Shown here piece by piece: positions 17,353 through 26,418 of a stretch of DNA of 64,000 bases; position 1 is the stretch's first letter; every line of letters starts with the position of its first letter. The translations under genes were made by a program, and so were the position numbers. The notes below the pieces were generated by a model. The model was not told where the DNA came from. It saw nothing but the letters and a program-made list of their open reading frames with translations, and did not search any database. This DNA is from Coriobacteriaceae bacterium (GTDB taxonomy: Bacteria; Actinomycetota; Coriobacteriia; Anaerosomatales; SLCP01). The stretch is from assembly GCA_003563465.1 (NCBI GenBank), contig PWVH01000050.1, positions 753-64,752 of the forward strand, given 5' to 3'.

Positions 17353-18503
17353 CTGTCCACCTCCCCGAACACCGGGTCGAGGCTTCCCAGGATGACGACC
17401 AAGTCGGAAAGAAGGTGTCCTTCTGCGAGCATCGGAAGCAGTGCTAAGTTGCAGAAGGCCGGTGAACGGACTTTCATGCGATAAGGCCGCGGACTACCGT
17501 CGGAGACGAGGTATACACCCAAAGAACCACGAGCAGACTCAATGTGGTCGTATGCGTCCCCGGGTAGCGGAGCAAGCAGACGAGGAACACCGTCTGCCAT
17601 GATCGCGCCAGGCTCTAGCTGTGCGATGGCCTGCTCGATGATACTGCACGACTCGTAGCACTCCAACAGACGAACGCGACCGCGATCGTAGCAATCTCCG
17701 TTGCTGCCTATGGGAACTTCGAAATCCAGGCGCGGATAGACCGAGTAAGGGTCGTGCTTGCGTAGGTCCCACTCGACTCCGGAGCCTCGTGCGACGGGCC
17801 CTGAGGCGCCCCACGCTACCGCTTCCTCTGCCGAAAGGACGCCAACGCCTTTCATGCGACCTCTGGCGATGACGTTTCCGAAGAAGAGCTTGTCCATCAT
17901 GTCGAGGCCTTTGCGATGCGATTCACAGAACGCCAGCAGGCTTTCGATCCATCCCTCGGGCAGGTCGTGGCTCACCCCGCCAGGGCGTACGTAGTTGTAC
18001 GTCAGTCGTGCACCACAGAGTTCCTCGAAATGCTCGATTATGCGTTCTCTCTGGTCGAAGGCGTAGACAAACTGTGTCACGGCGCCGGAGTCGGCCCCGG
18101 CAGACCCGATCGCCATCATGTGGCTTGCAATGCGCTGCATCTCGCAGACGATCACCCTGAGATACTCGGCTCGATCCGGAACTCGAATTGAGGCAAGCCG
18201 TTCGACTGCACGGCAGTACGCCCAGTTCGCATACATCGAGCCGACGTAGTCGAGCCGGTCGGTCAGAGGAACCACCTGCAGATACGTACGGTTCTCAGCC
18301 ATCTTCTCGATGCCGCGGTGCAGATGCCCGATGACAGGCTCGGCCTTGGTGACGATCTCGCTGTCGAGATGAGCGATCACCCTGCATACTCCGTGAGTGG
18401 AAGGGTGCGACGGCCCGACGTTGACCACGAGTTCCTCGACGGTCCCGCCTTCTTCAACTTCGACGACCCGTCTGCTTTCGACATCGAGTCCCAAATCGCA
18501 CAC
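17349..18503 (-). CDS. nuoD: NADH-quinone oxidoreductase subunit D
   Basis: 384 aa. It contains NVGPSHPSTHGV, GHLHRGIEK and a C-terminal LGSLDPVFGEVDR. Confidence 0.93.
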   Translation of the reverse strand: MCDLGLDVESRRVVEVEEGGTVEELVVNVGPSHPSTHGVCRVIAHLDSEIVTKAEPVIGHLHRGIEKMAENRTYLQVVPLTDRLDYVGSMYANWAYCRAVERLASIRVPDRAEYLRVIVCEMQRIASHMMAIGSAGADSGAVTQFVYAFDQRERIIEHFEELCGARLTYNYVRPGGVSHDLPEGWIESLLAFCESHRKGLDMMDKLFFGNVIARGRMKGVGVLSAEEAVAWGASGPVARGSGVEWDLRKHDPYSVYPRLDFEVPIGSNGDCYDRGRVRLLECYESCSIIEQAIAQLEPGAIMADGVPRLLAPLPGDAYDHIESARGSLGVYLVSDGSPRPYRMKVRSPAFCNLALLPMLAEGHLLSDLVVILGSLDPVFGEVDR

Positions 18504-18538
18504 CTCCCCTCACAAGCCGCCTCACGTCGAAACGACTC

Positions 18539-19000
18539 TCAGATGTAGTCAGGTCTACGAATCATTCGCTCATCACGGTAGTCCTTGCGAAGTGGGTGAC
18601 CTTCCCAATCCTCGGGCAGCATGATCCGTCTAAGATCCGGGTGACCATCGAACACGATTCCGAACAAGTCGAAGACCTCGCGTTCCTGCCAAAGCGCAGC
18701 AGGCCACAAATCGACTAGCGACTTGACCCGGGGATTTTCGCGCGGCACCGAACACTTCAGAAAGATGCCCGCCAACATCGAACGTGACTGAAGCCGATAC
18801 ACGAGCTCGAACTCCTCAGCCTGGTCGACAGCCGTCACCATACCGAGACGATCGAAGCCAAGGTCTCTTAAGTCAGACGCTGCATCGAAGAGGTTACCGC
18901 ACGGAACTGCTAGCACCCCGTCGCCGAATTCGATGGAAAACAGAGGACACAGGTCCGGGTAGACCTGGCAGAGATGATCGCGAAGGTCGGTGATCTTCAC
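18539..19000 (-). CDS. nuoC: NADH-quinone oxidoreductase subunit C
   Basis: 153 aa. It contains WQEREVFDLFGIVFDGHPDLRRI and is separate from nuoD. Confidence 0.9.
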   Translation of the reverse strand: MKITDLRDHLCQVYPDLCPLFSIEFGDGVLAVPCGNLFDAASDLRDLGFDRLGMVTAVDQAEEFELVYRLQSRSMLAGIFLKCSVPRENPRVKSLVDLWPAALWQEREVFDLFGIVFDGHPDLRRIMLPEDWEGHPLRKDYRDERMIRRPDYI

Positions 19001-19557
19001 TCGCCGTCACCTTCTGCCGCATCGCGAGGAAGAGTGAACGCGCCCTTGCGCTTGTGTCCGGGAGCTATCGACTCGGTCGCAATGATTTCTCGGAGGCGCA
19101 ACACGCCGTCTTGGAGCGATTCCGGTCTCGGCGGACAGCCGGCAATGTGAACATCCACAGGCAAGATCTCATCGACTCCACGCACGACCGAATAAGTGTC
19201 GTAGTAGAATATGCCGCCTGAGACCGCGCAGTTACCCATGGCGATGACCCACTTGGGATCGGCCATCTGCTCATACAGGCGCTTAATGACAGGCGCCATC
19301 TTATGGGTAATGGTTCCAGCAACGATCATCACGTCAGTGTGCCGAGGATCGAAGAACGGGATAGTGCCATGCCGGTCGAAGTCGAACTTGCTGAAAGATG
19401 CTGCAATGAGCTCCATAGCGCAGCATGCGGTTCCCATCGGCATCGCCCAGAGAGACTTGCCGCGGCAGTAATCCAGCAGCGCATCGACCGAGGTCAGTAT
19501 GACGCTGCCGCCACGTCCCCCATCGAGCTTCTCGCCTAAGCGATCGACTATCGCCAT
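18997..19557 (-). CDS. nuoB: NADH-quinone oxidoreductase subunit B (N2 cluster)
   Basis: 186 aa. It contains GTACCAMEL, the MGNCAVSGG region and GCPPRPE. Confidence 0.93.
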   Translation of the reverse strand: MAIVDRLGEKLDGGRGGSVILTSVDALLDYCRGKSLWAMPMGTACCAMELIAASFSKFDFDRHGTIPFFDPRHTDVMIVAGTITHKMAPVIKRLYEQMADPKWVIAMGNCAVSGGIFYYDTYSVVRGVDEILPVDVHIAGCPPRPESLQDGVLRLREIIATESIAPGHKRKGAFTLPRDAAEGDGE

Positions 19558-19940
19558 TCGAGAATCCCCTTACGCCATGCGTATAGCAGGCCAAGCGTAA
19601 GCAGCCCTACGAAGACACCTACCGCGATCACGCCGGCTGGGAATCCACGCAGGCCGCCGGCAACAGCGAAGAGCATGGCTGCCTCCGCATCGAAGATCAC
19701 TAGCAGCAACGCCAAACCAGTAAAGCGTACGCGCACTGCAGCCCACGGGACGCCTGCCGGCGGCATTCCGCACTCGTATGGCTCAAGCTTTTCCGGAGTG
19801 GGATTGCGAGGCGAGACGACAGCGCTGAGCAAGAACACGATGAGGATGAAGGCTACTGCGGCAAGCGCGAGCCCTATGACAGACAGTACGCTATCGGCGT
19901 ACGCTCCCTCCACGAACTCCCCCTGCCCTGATGCCGCCAC
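19548..19940 (-). CDS. nuoA: NADH-quinone oxidoreductase subunit A
   Basis: 130 aa, first in the operon. It contains EKLEPYECG and FDAEAAMLF. The start codon is GTG and its exact position is uncertain. Confidence 0.85.
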   Translation of the reverse strand: MAASGQGEFVEGAYADSVLSVIGLALAAVAFILIVFLLSAVVSPRNPTPEKLEPYECGMPPAGVPWAAVRVRFTGLALLLVIFDAEAAMLFAVAGGLRGFPAGVIAVGVFVGLLTLGLLYAWRKGILEWR

Positions 19941-19989
19941 CCTCCAGTACGCTCAAGGTTTCCGGCATTCTCCCACGAAAGCAGCAGTA

Positions 19990-20018
19990 TGTAAACATTG
20001 TTACAATCTGTGCTACAA
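19990..20018 (-). promoter_or_regulatory. AT-rich inverted-repeat element upstream of nuoA (candidate operator/promoter; loosely Rex-box-like)
   Basis: The plus strand reads TGTAAACATTGTTACAATCTGTGCTACAA. It has TGTAA-N6-TTACA arms and an overlapping TTGTTAC-N7-GCTACAA. This is the only strongly AT-rich patch in the 102-nt spacer between the ABC-F stop and the nuoA start. Confidence 0.35.
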
Positions 20019-20042
20019 AGTCCGTATGCGCAGCTAGATGGT

Positions 20043-22007
20043 TTATTCTCTGTTCTCCAGCCGTTCCAGCGCATCAGCCAGGGCTATCCACTCCTCCTCC
20101 AGCTGTGCCAGATGTGGCTTGATCTCGGAATACTCTTTCGTAGCTGCTTCGAATGCAGAGGAGTCCGCATAGAACGACGGTTCGGCCATCAGGTCCAAGA
20201 GCTCGTCGCGCCTGACCTGTATGCGCGCCAGCTCGCTTTCAACCCTAGCGAGTCGCTCGCGTGTGGCGCGTGTCTCGCGAAAGGCCAAGTTACGTGCGTC
20301 GGCCTCTGCGCGCCTCTGTTCTCTTCGCGTCGCGGCCCTCGTCGCTTCGCCGCCCGTCTCTGCTCCCACACCGCACCTCTGAGAAGCGTCAGCCTCTGAG
20401 CGTTTGAACAAGTAGTAGTCGTAGTCCCCTGCAAATACCGTTGCTTGTCCCTCTCGCACCTCGACGATTTTGTTGGCAACCTCACGAATCAAATGACGGT
20501 CGTGAGTAATGAGCACGATCGTGCCTTCGAAGTGCGCGAGCGCAGCCTCCAAGACGTCTGAGGATGCAATGTCTAGGTGGTTTGTCGGTTCGTCGAGACA
20601 TAGCAGCGGAGCGGGCTCTACCAGCATCTTGGCGAGTACCAAGCGGCATCGCTCTCCACCCGAGAGAACGCCGACCTTCTTGTCGACATCGGTACCGCTG
20701 AACAGGAAAGCTCCTAGCAGACGCCTGATTTCCGCATTGGTCCACCCTTGAGCGATCCCATCCAGTTCGGTCAAGACCGTCTCGGACGTATCGAGGGCTT
20801 CGAGCTGGTGCTGCGCGAAATAGGCAACGTCCACGTGAGCACCGTAGGCGCGTTCGCCGGCGTCCGGGTCGACGACGCCGGCGAGAATCTTGAGCAGGGT
20901 CGACTTGCCTGCACCGTTCGGTCCGACGAGCGCCACCTTATCTCCCCGGTAGAGCGTAAGATCGAGCGAATCGTAAACAGTGTTGCTGCCGTATGCTTTG
21001 CGAACCCCAGCAAGTCGCACCACCTCGTCTCCCGTGCGCACCGGCTGCGGGAATGCGAACCTCACAGTCTTGCGATGCTCGGGGATTTCCACGAGTTCGG
21101 CTTTGATCTTCTCGATCCGCTTGAGCCTGTCCTGTGCCTGACGCGCTTTCGTGTTCTTGTAGCGAAAACGGTCAACGAAAGCCTGCATATGAGCGATCTC
21201 GCGCTTCTGGCGCTCGTGTGTGGCCCGGCGCTGCTCCATCGCGACCTCTCGCTGGCTGAGATAGCTTGCGTACGTACCCGTGTAAGTTACGACGCGTCGC
21301 TGCTCGATCTCTGCCACGTGATCTGCAAGTCCTTCTATGAAGGCACGGTCGTGACTTACCAGCACGATCGCGCCTTCATACGAATGGAGGAAAGACTCCA
21401 ACCAGTTCACGGTCTCCAGGTCGAGGTGGTTGGTCGGCTCGTCCAAGAGAAGAACATCGGGTTTGGCAAGAAGCAGCTTGGCGAGCGCGAGCCGCATGAG
21501 CCATCCGCCTGAGAGCTCCTCCGTCGGACGAGGCAGGTCAGACTCGCCGAAACCGAGCCCGGTAAGCACGGCTCGGGCCTCGGTCTCGATCGTGTAACCA
21601 CCCGCGTGCTCGAAGCGATCGCGAAGCCGCCCGTACTCCTCAAGCAAGCCGGTTGCATCGGGAGAAGAAGGATCGTCGTGCTCTGCGATATCCGATTCGA
21701 GCAGGCGGATCCTATGTTCGAGTGAGGTGACCTCGTCAGCGGCGCTCAGAGCCTCGGTGAGCACAGTGCGACCGCGCATCTCGATAGCCTCTTGTCTGAG
21801 ATAGCCGACGACAGCGTCTCTCGCTCGAGTGATGCTTCCGTCATCGGGTGTCTGCAGCCCAGCGATTATCTCGAGCAGCGTCGTCTTACCAGATCCGTTA
21901 GGGCCGAGCAGGGCTATCCGATCGCGCACGCCTATGCGCAGCGAAGCATCTTCGAAGAGAACTCGCTCCCCGAAGGTTTTCGTCACGGAGTCGACGGAGA
22001 TAATCAC
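20043..22007 (-). CDS. ABC-F family ATPase (two ABC cassettes, no TMD; Uup/EttA-like) with a C-terminal coiled-coil tail
   Basis: 654 aa. It has two Walker A motifs (GPNGSGKTT, GPNGAGKST) and two signature motifs (LSGGWLMR, LSGGERCR). The tail is Arg/Glu-rich. Confidence 0.9.
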   Translation of the reverse strand: MIISVDSVTKTFGERVLFEDASLRIGVRDRIALLGPNGSGKTTLLEIIAGLQTPDDGSITRARDAVVGYLRQEAIEMRGRTVLTEALSAADEVTSLEHRIRLLESDIAEHDDPSSPDATGLLEEYGRLRDRFEHAGGYTIETEARAVLTGLGFGESDLPRPTEELSGGWLMRLALAKLLLAKPDVLLLDEPTNHLDLETVNWLESFLHSYEGAIVLVSHDRAFIEGLADHVAEIEQRRVVTYTGTYASYLSQREVAMEQRRATHERQKREIAHMQAFVDRFRYKNTKARQAQDRLKRIEKIKAELVEIPEHRKTVRFAFPQPVRTGDEVVRLAGVRKAYGSNTVYDSLDLTLYRGDKVALVGPNGAGKSTLLKILAGVVDPDAGERAYGAHVDVAYFAQHQLEALDTSETVLTELDGIAQGWTNAEIRRLLGAFLFSGTDVDKKVGVLSGGERCRLVLAKMLVEPAPLLCLDEPTNHLDIASSDVLEAALAHFEGTIVLITHDRHLIREVANKIVEVREGQATVFAGDYDYYLFKRSEADASQRCGVGAETGGEATRAATRREQRRAEADARNLAFRETRATRERLARVESELARIQVRRDELLDLMAEPSFYADSSAFEAATKEYSEIKPHLAQLEEEWIALADALERLENRE

Positions 22008-22037
22008 CGTGACAGTCTAGCAGGGAGGATGTGCGAC

Positions 22038-23387
22038 GTGGACTCGCAAGGAAAAGTAGTCGTGATCGGATCAGGGGCGGCAGGTCAGGGCACTGCGCGA
22101 ACGCTTGTCGCAGCGGGATGGCATGTGACGGTCGTCGAGCGCGGTAAGGTAGGAGGTACTTGCCTCTGGTACGGATGCATGCCGAAGAAGGCTCTATACA
22201 ATGCGGCCCGCGCGCGCCGCTTGGGAGTTCGCGCCGAGTTGTTCGGTCTCGATCTCGCAGATGGCTTCGACTGGCAGAGCGTACTCGCATGGAAGTGGCA
22301 CGCTCAGGAGACCTATGCCGGAGATCAGGTCGCCATCATGGCCGACCGAGGTATAGAACTCGTACACGGAGATGCGCGGTTCGTCTCCGCTCTTGAGATC
22401 GCAGTTGAAGACCAGGTGTTCGAATTCGATCACGCCGTCATTGCGACCGGATCACGTCCGGTCATACTCCCTGTCGAAGGCACCGGCCTTGGGGACACGA
22501 GTGACGATGCCTTGAGCTACGGACATGTCCCAACCTCTCTCTTGGTAGTTGGCGCTGGCTTCATTGGCATCGAGATGGCGACGATTTATGCCTCCTTCGG
22601 CAGCGAAGTGACGGTCGTCACTAACGCTCAGCGTCCATTGGATACCCTCGACGAAGACGTGGCTCTGATCGCAGTGCGCCGCCTCGAGCGCATGGGTGTG
22701 CGTTTCTTCTCTTCATGTCGCATGCAGCGCTTGAGTGGGAGCAGAGGTGCTATCGATGTGGAGTTCACCGATGGCGAGAACACGGAGCGCTCAGGCAGGT
22801 GGGAGCGGGTTCTCGTGGCTGCAGGTCGACGGCCCGCTATCGCAGATCTTGCTCTGGAGGCAGCCGCTATCACGATCGATGGCCAGGGGGGAATCGTGTT
22901 GGACGAGAACCAATGCACCACGAATCCTCGTGTCTGGGCAGCGGGAGACGCTGCCGGAGGCGCGATGCACACTCCTGTCGCCAGCTACGAGGGTCGTACC
23001 GTCGCCGCCTCTATCGACTCCGGAGTCCCCGTAGTAATCGACTCCTCGCTAATACCCTCGTGCCTCTACACTTCACCTCAAATCACCCAGGTGGGGCTCA
23101 CCGAAGCCCAAGCGCGCTCCAGCGGGATGTCGGTCGATGTCAGCCGGATGCCCTTCGAGTATCTAGGCGCTGCAGTCATCGAGGACGAGCGGGACGGAAT
23201 CGTTAAACTCGTGTTCGCCGAGGACGACGGGCGACTTGTCGGCGCACAGGTTGCCGGCCCCACCGCAAGCGACCTCATCTACGCCCTCGCTCTGGCAATA
23301 CGTTGCGGAGCAACGCGCGACACTCTGCGTGCGACTGTGGGGATACACCCAGCTTACTCGGAGGCCTTGAACTGGGCAGCCGGCTAG
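22038..23387 (+). CDS. Class I pyridine nucleotide-disulfide oxidoreductase (dihydrolipoyl dehydrogenase / glutathione reductase family)
   Basis: The ORF is open from 21792, but that part overlaps the ABC-F gene. The GTG at 22038 lies 9 nt after GGGAGG. Motifs are VVVIGSGAAGQG (FAD), the GGTCLWYGCMPKK redox CxxxxC, VVGAGFIGIEMA (NAD) and a C-terminal GIHPAYSE. Confidence 0.85.
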   Translation: MDSQGKVVVIGSGAAGQGTARTLVAAGWHVTVVERGKVGGTCLWYGCMPKKALYNAARARRLGVRAELFGLDLADGFDWQSVLAWKWHAQETYAGDQVAIMADRGIELVHGDARFVSALEIAVEDQVFEFDHAVIATGSRPVILPVEGTGLGDTSDDALSYGHVPTSLLVVGAGFIGIEMATIYASFGSEVTVVTNAQRPLDTLDEDVALIAVRRLERMGVRFFSSCRMQRLSGSRGAIDVEFTDGENTERSGRWERVLVAAGRRPAIADLALEAAAITIDGQGGIVLDENQCTTNPRVWAAGDAAGGAMHTPVASYEGRTVAASIDSGVPVVIDSSLIPSCLYTSPQITQVGLTEAQARSSGMSVDVSRMPFEYLGAAVIEDERDGIVKLVFAEDDGRLVGAQVAGPTASDLIYALALAIRCGATRDTLRATVGIHPAYSEALNWAAG

Positions 23388-23434
23388 GCCAACCTCGTAG
23401 ACATGTTTGGGATGACCCTGGGCCGCACTGTCGC

Positions 23435-23464
23435 ATGCTGACCGCCACCATGCTGACCGCCACC
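23435..23464. repeat. Perfect 2 x 15-bp tandem direct repeat (ATGCTGACCGCCACC), followed by ATGATG
   Basis: Read directly from the sequence. It lies in the 91-nt convergent spacer between the oxidoreductase and the lipoprotein gene. Confidence 0.7.
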
Positions 23465-23478
23465 ATGATGTGCGAACG

Positions 23479-23829
23479 CTACTGCGAGGCGAGGTGCTCT
23501 ACTATGATCTCGCGTTCCTCGGCGGTGATCTCTAGGCCGCGACCATCGTGGCGCTCGATCGCCGCACGCCATCCGGCCTCGTCGTAATCCGCAGCTTCCA
23601 CCGTGTCTAGCCCGTGGCACGAAACAGAGCACCTCGCTTCGACCAGAGCGTCAGGCTGCTCCGCCCACTCAACATCGGTTGGCTCGTCAACCAACTCTGG
23701 CGCGGATTCGGGCTCGGGAACGTCAGCGCAACCTGTCAAGCCGAAGGTAAGAACAGCGATAGCGGCAAGAAGCGAAAGTGTCACTCTCCTGGTCCAGTGC
23801 TGTAGAAGACGCTCTCTTCCTGAGATCAT
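23479..23829 (-). CDS. Small putative lipoprotein with a cytochrome-c-like CxxxCH motif
   Basis: The ORF is open to 23880. The ATG at 23829 is preceded by AGAGAGGGG 9 nt upstream. It has a signal peptide plus lipobox LLAAIAVLTFGLTGC and a single CSVSCHG motif. Confidence 0.6.
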   Translation of the reverse strand: MISGRERLLQHWTRRVTLSLLAAIAVLTFGLTGCADVPEPESAPELVDEPTDVEWAEQPDALVEARCSVSCHGLDTVEAADYDEAGWRAAIERHDGRGLEITAEEREIIVEHLASQ

Positions 23830-23951
23830 CTGATAAGACCCCTCTCTGGTCGGGTACACCTGCCCGTCGATGAATCGCACTTACAAGAGGCTCTTACCCA
23901 ACTTCAAGAGTCGTCATAGAAGTCTGTTCAGGATGGTGGGAAGCACTGTGG

Positions 23952-23993
23952 TCAGAAGAAGACAGACCCGCCGAGGAGGCCCTCCCCGGCGGG
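23952..23993 (-). terminator. Intrinsic terminator downstream of tRNA-Val
   Basis: On the minus strand the sequence is CCCGCCG-gggagggcctcct-CGGCGGG, a 7-bp GC stem. It is followed by the T-rich TCTGTCTTCTTCTG. Confidence 0.55.
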
Positions 23994-24005
23994 CGGATGT
24001 GTCGC

Positions 24006-24080
24006 TGGTGGGCGATGCAGGATTTGAACCTGCGACTTCTTCCGTGTGAAGGAAGCGCTCTCCCCCTGAGCTAATCGCCC
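24006..24080 (-). tRNA. tRNA-Val (anticodon CAC), CCA encoded
   Basis: The reverse complement GGGCGATTAGCTCAGGGGGAGAGCGCTTCCTTCACACGGAAGAAGTCGCAGGTTCAAATCCTGCATCGCCCACCA folds into a cloverleaf. The anticodon loop is TTCACAC. Confidence 0.93.
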
Positions 24081-24137
24081 GGATCGAAAGCAAACGATCG
24101 ATGCCTGCCACAGCAACGGCTGCGAGCGGCGACAGAC

Positions 24138-24146
24138 ATTCTACCA
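24138..24146 (-). promoter_or_regulatory. Candidate extended -10 box (TGGTAGAAT) for tRNA-Val
   Basis: The minus strand reads gaTGGTAGAATgtc about 55 nt upstream of the tRNA 5' end. No clear -35 was found. Confidence 0.35.
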
Positions 24147-24282
24147 TCCTCTTGTACTCTGGCTAGACCCTTAGGGCGAGGACCGTCTCTCTAGCCACTA
24201 CATACTGCCGCCAGGCGATCTTGAAGCGTACCTACTGATTGCTCGGATGACAGCGCATCCGTCTGAATCGACAAAGCATCAC

Positions 24283-25281
24283 CTAACCTCCGCATCCGGG
24301 CTTCCCACTGTGCCAGCGCCAGGCGTCGGCGATCATTTCGTGCAACGCACCCCGACCTGGCTTCCAGCCGAGCGCCTCCACTGCGTGGTCAGCCGAGGCT
24401 ACCAGCATCGCGGGATCCCCACTTCTCCGCGGTCCCACACTGACCGCCAGCTCCACTCCAGTGGTTTCTGTACATGCCTTCAAGACCTCCATGTTCGAGT
24501 AGCCACGGCCACTACCGAGATTGAAAACGGTAGTGCAAGGCGAGCGCGAACGCATGGCTTCTTCGGCTAGCCATTCCAAGCCCATCAGATGCGCTCGGGC
24601 AAGATCGTAGACATGGATGTAGTCCCGCACACACGTTCCGTCTTCGGTCGGATAGTCATCCCCGAACACCTCAAAACGGTCCTGTCCGGTCGCAATCGCA
24701 CTCAGTATTCGTGGGATTATGTGCGTCTCCGGGTCGTGGGCTTCTCCTAGAGAACCATCAGGCCATGCACCCGCGACATTGAAGTAACGAAACCTCACCG
24801 ACCGCAACCCGTGGGAGCGTGCGTACCAATCAAGCATCTGCTCGAACATGAGCTTGCTCGCACCGTAGAAGTTCACCGGGCACGTAGGTGCGTCCTCGGT
24901 GATTGGAATACGCTTCGGCTCACCGTAGACAGCGGCGGTCGAAGAGTACACGATTGAATCTACGTCATGGCGAATCATGGCATCGAGCATGCGTACGGGC
25001 TGGGCAACATTGGAGTCGAAGTAGACTCCGGGCATGCGTTGCGATTCAGCGACTTCTATCAAACCAGCGAGATGCACCACTGCGTCACAACCGGGAAGAA
25101 CCTCCTCTAATGCGCCAGCATCCCCCACCGGAGCGCAAACGAACTCGGCCCGCTTGTCGACAGCGCTGCGTACGCCGCGAGCCAACGAGTCCAGAACGAC
25201 GACCTCGTGGCCGTTATCGAGCAGGTAGCGTGTCGTGATTGCACCGATATAGCCGGCGCCACCCGTCACGAGAATGCGCAC
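24283..25281 (-). CDS. galE: UDP-glucose 4-epimerase
   Basis: 332 aa. It has MRILVTGGAGYIG (Rossmann), SSTAAVYG and YGASKLM (the SDR YxxxK). Confidence 0.9.
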   Translation of the reverse strand: MRILVTGGAGYIGAITTRYLLDNGHEVVVLDSLARGVRSAVDKRAEFVCAPVGDAGALEEVLPGCDAVVHLAGLIEVAESQRMPGVYFDSNVAQPVRMLDAMIRHDVDSIVYSSTAAVYGEPKRIPITEDAPTCPVNFYGASKLMFEQMLDWYARSHGLRSVRFRYFNVAGAWPDGSLGEAHDPETHIIPRILSAIATGQDRFEVFGDDYPTEDGTCVRDYIHVYDLARAHLMGLEWLAEEAMRSRSPCTTVFNLGSGRGYSNMEVLKACTETTGVELAVSVGPRRSGDPAMLVASADHAVEALGWKPGRGALHEMIADAWRWHSGKPGCGG

Positions 25282-25308
25282 GCGAGTCCTCCGCTCTTTC
25301 TCGCTAGC

Positions 25309-26418
25309 CTACTCTAGTGGAAGAATGCCACGCTTGAGCGCCCTTACGACCCTCTGTGTGACGGCTTTGTCCCAACGCTTTGGGGTGAGCCACTTCTGGG
25401 AACCCTCCATAGCAGCTCTGACGCCGCTCAGCACGCCCTCGGCAGTGTCTTCGGCAAGCCTGTTCGCGCCGACCTCGATGGTAGCCATACGCTCCGTGCA
25501 GTCCCGGACCGTGACGCACGGCGTGCCAAGTACGCACGCTTCTTCTTGAACATCGCCGGAGTCCGTCACGACCACAGCGGCGTCGCGCATCAAAGCAAGC
25601 ACGTCCCTGTAGTCGACAGGCCCGACTTCCCTCACACTCTCCGGTATCCTCAGTCCGAAGTCCTCAACGCAGCCGCTGAGGCCGTCTGCTCCGAGAATCA
25701 GCACGCTGATACCGGTCGCTCCCAAACCGTCGAGCAGCTCTTGGCAGCAAAGAGGGTCCTTGACGTTCTCCGGGCGTCGGAAGCACGCTGCTGCATACTC
25801 CCCACGTCTCAAGGCGTAAGCGGCAGCAGCATCGAGCTTTCGGATCTCTTCTGCGCGTCTTATGACTGACTCCGCAAGGATACTGCCGACCAGAACGATT
25901 CGTGCAGAATCGACACCTTCCGCAGTCAGATTCGAGATGCTCATTTCTTCTGATGCCAGATGCATCGCAGCGATACGTGAGATGACGACCCTGTTGACCT
26001 CATCAGGAACGCTGAGGCTACCGCACCGTAATCCGGCCTCGAGGTGCACCGCTGGAATACCGAGCTTACCCGCAGCTAGAAACAATGCGAGTGCGGGGTT
26101 CGAGTCCCCTGTAGCGAACACGGCATCCGGACGTTCGGTCCCTAGCAACTCTTCAAGAGCAATCAAGGCTGCAGCGGTCTGAGAACCGTCTGTTCCCTCT
26201 GAGGCATTGAGAAACCACTGAGGAGCAGGGATGCCGACACCGGATAAGGACGCGATATCTCCGTACGAAGTTGCTGATGAAGCCTCGAAGGAACTCAGTG
26301 TCTCACCAGATCCCGCAAAGGCTATATCGACTTGGAAGCTCGCACGAGTCAGAGCGGGAAGAAGCGGTGCCATCTTAACGGTATCGGGCCGATCGCCCGC
26401 GAGAACAATCATTCGCAC
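25309..26418 (-). CDS. UDP-N-acetylglucosamine 2-epimerase-like paralog with degenerate active-site/UDP-binding motifs
   Basis: 369 aa and collinear with the upstream paralog. HTGQHYD is replaced by FAGSGE plus an insertion of roughly 15-20 aa, and HRPEN is replaced by FRRPEN. GDSNPA, HLEAGLR and TDSGDVQEE are retained. Confidence 0.8.
   Translation of the reverse strand: MRMIVLAGDRPDTVKMAPLLPALTRASFQVDIAFAGSGETLSSFEASSATSYGDIASLSGVGIPAPQWFLNASEGTDGSQTAAALIALEELLGTERPDAVFATGDSNPALALFLAAGKLGIPAVHLEAGLRCGSLSVPDEVNRVVISRIAAMHLASEEMSISNLTAEGVDSARIVLVGSILAESVIRRAEEIRKLDAAAAYALRRGEYAAACFRRPENVKDPLCCQELLDGLGATGISVLILGADGLSGCVEDFGLRIPESVREVGPVDYRDVLALMRDAAVVVTDSGDVQEEACVLGTPCVTVRDCTERMATIEVGANRLAEDTAEGVLSGVRAAMEGSQKWLTPKRWDKAVTQRVVRALKRGILPLE

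Noticed and set aside
21792-22037. 5' extension of the plus-strand oxidoreductase ORF
   Set aside because: It overlaps the ABC-F gene on the opposite strand. Homology (the Rossmann VVVIGSGAAG) starts just after the GTG at 22038, which has a well-spaced GGGAGG.
23435-23470. 15-bp tandem duplication considered as a CRISPR or regulatory repeat
   Set aside because: Only two adjacent copies are present, with no spacers. It is most simply a slippage duplication in a convergent intergenic spacer.
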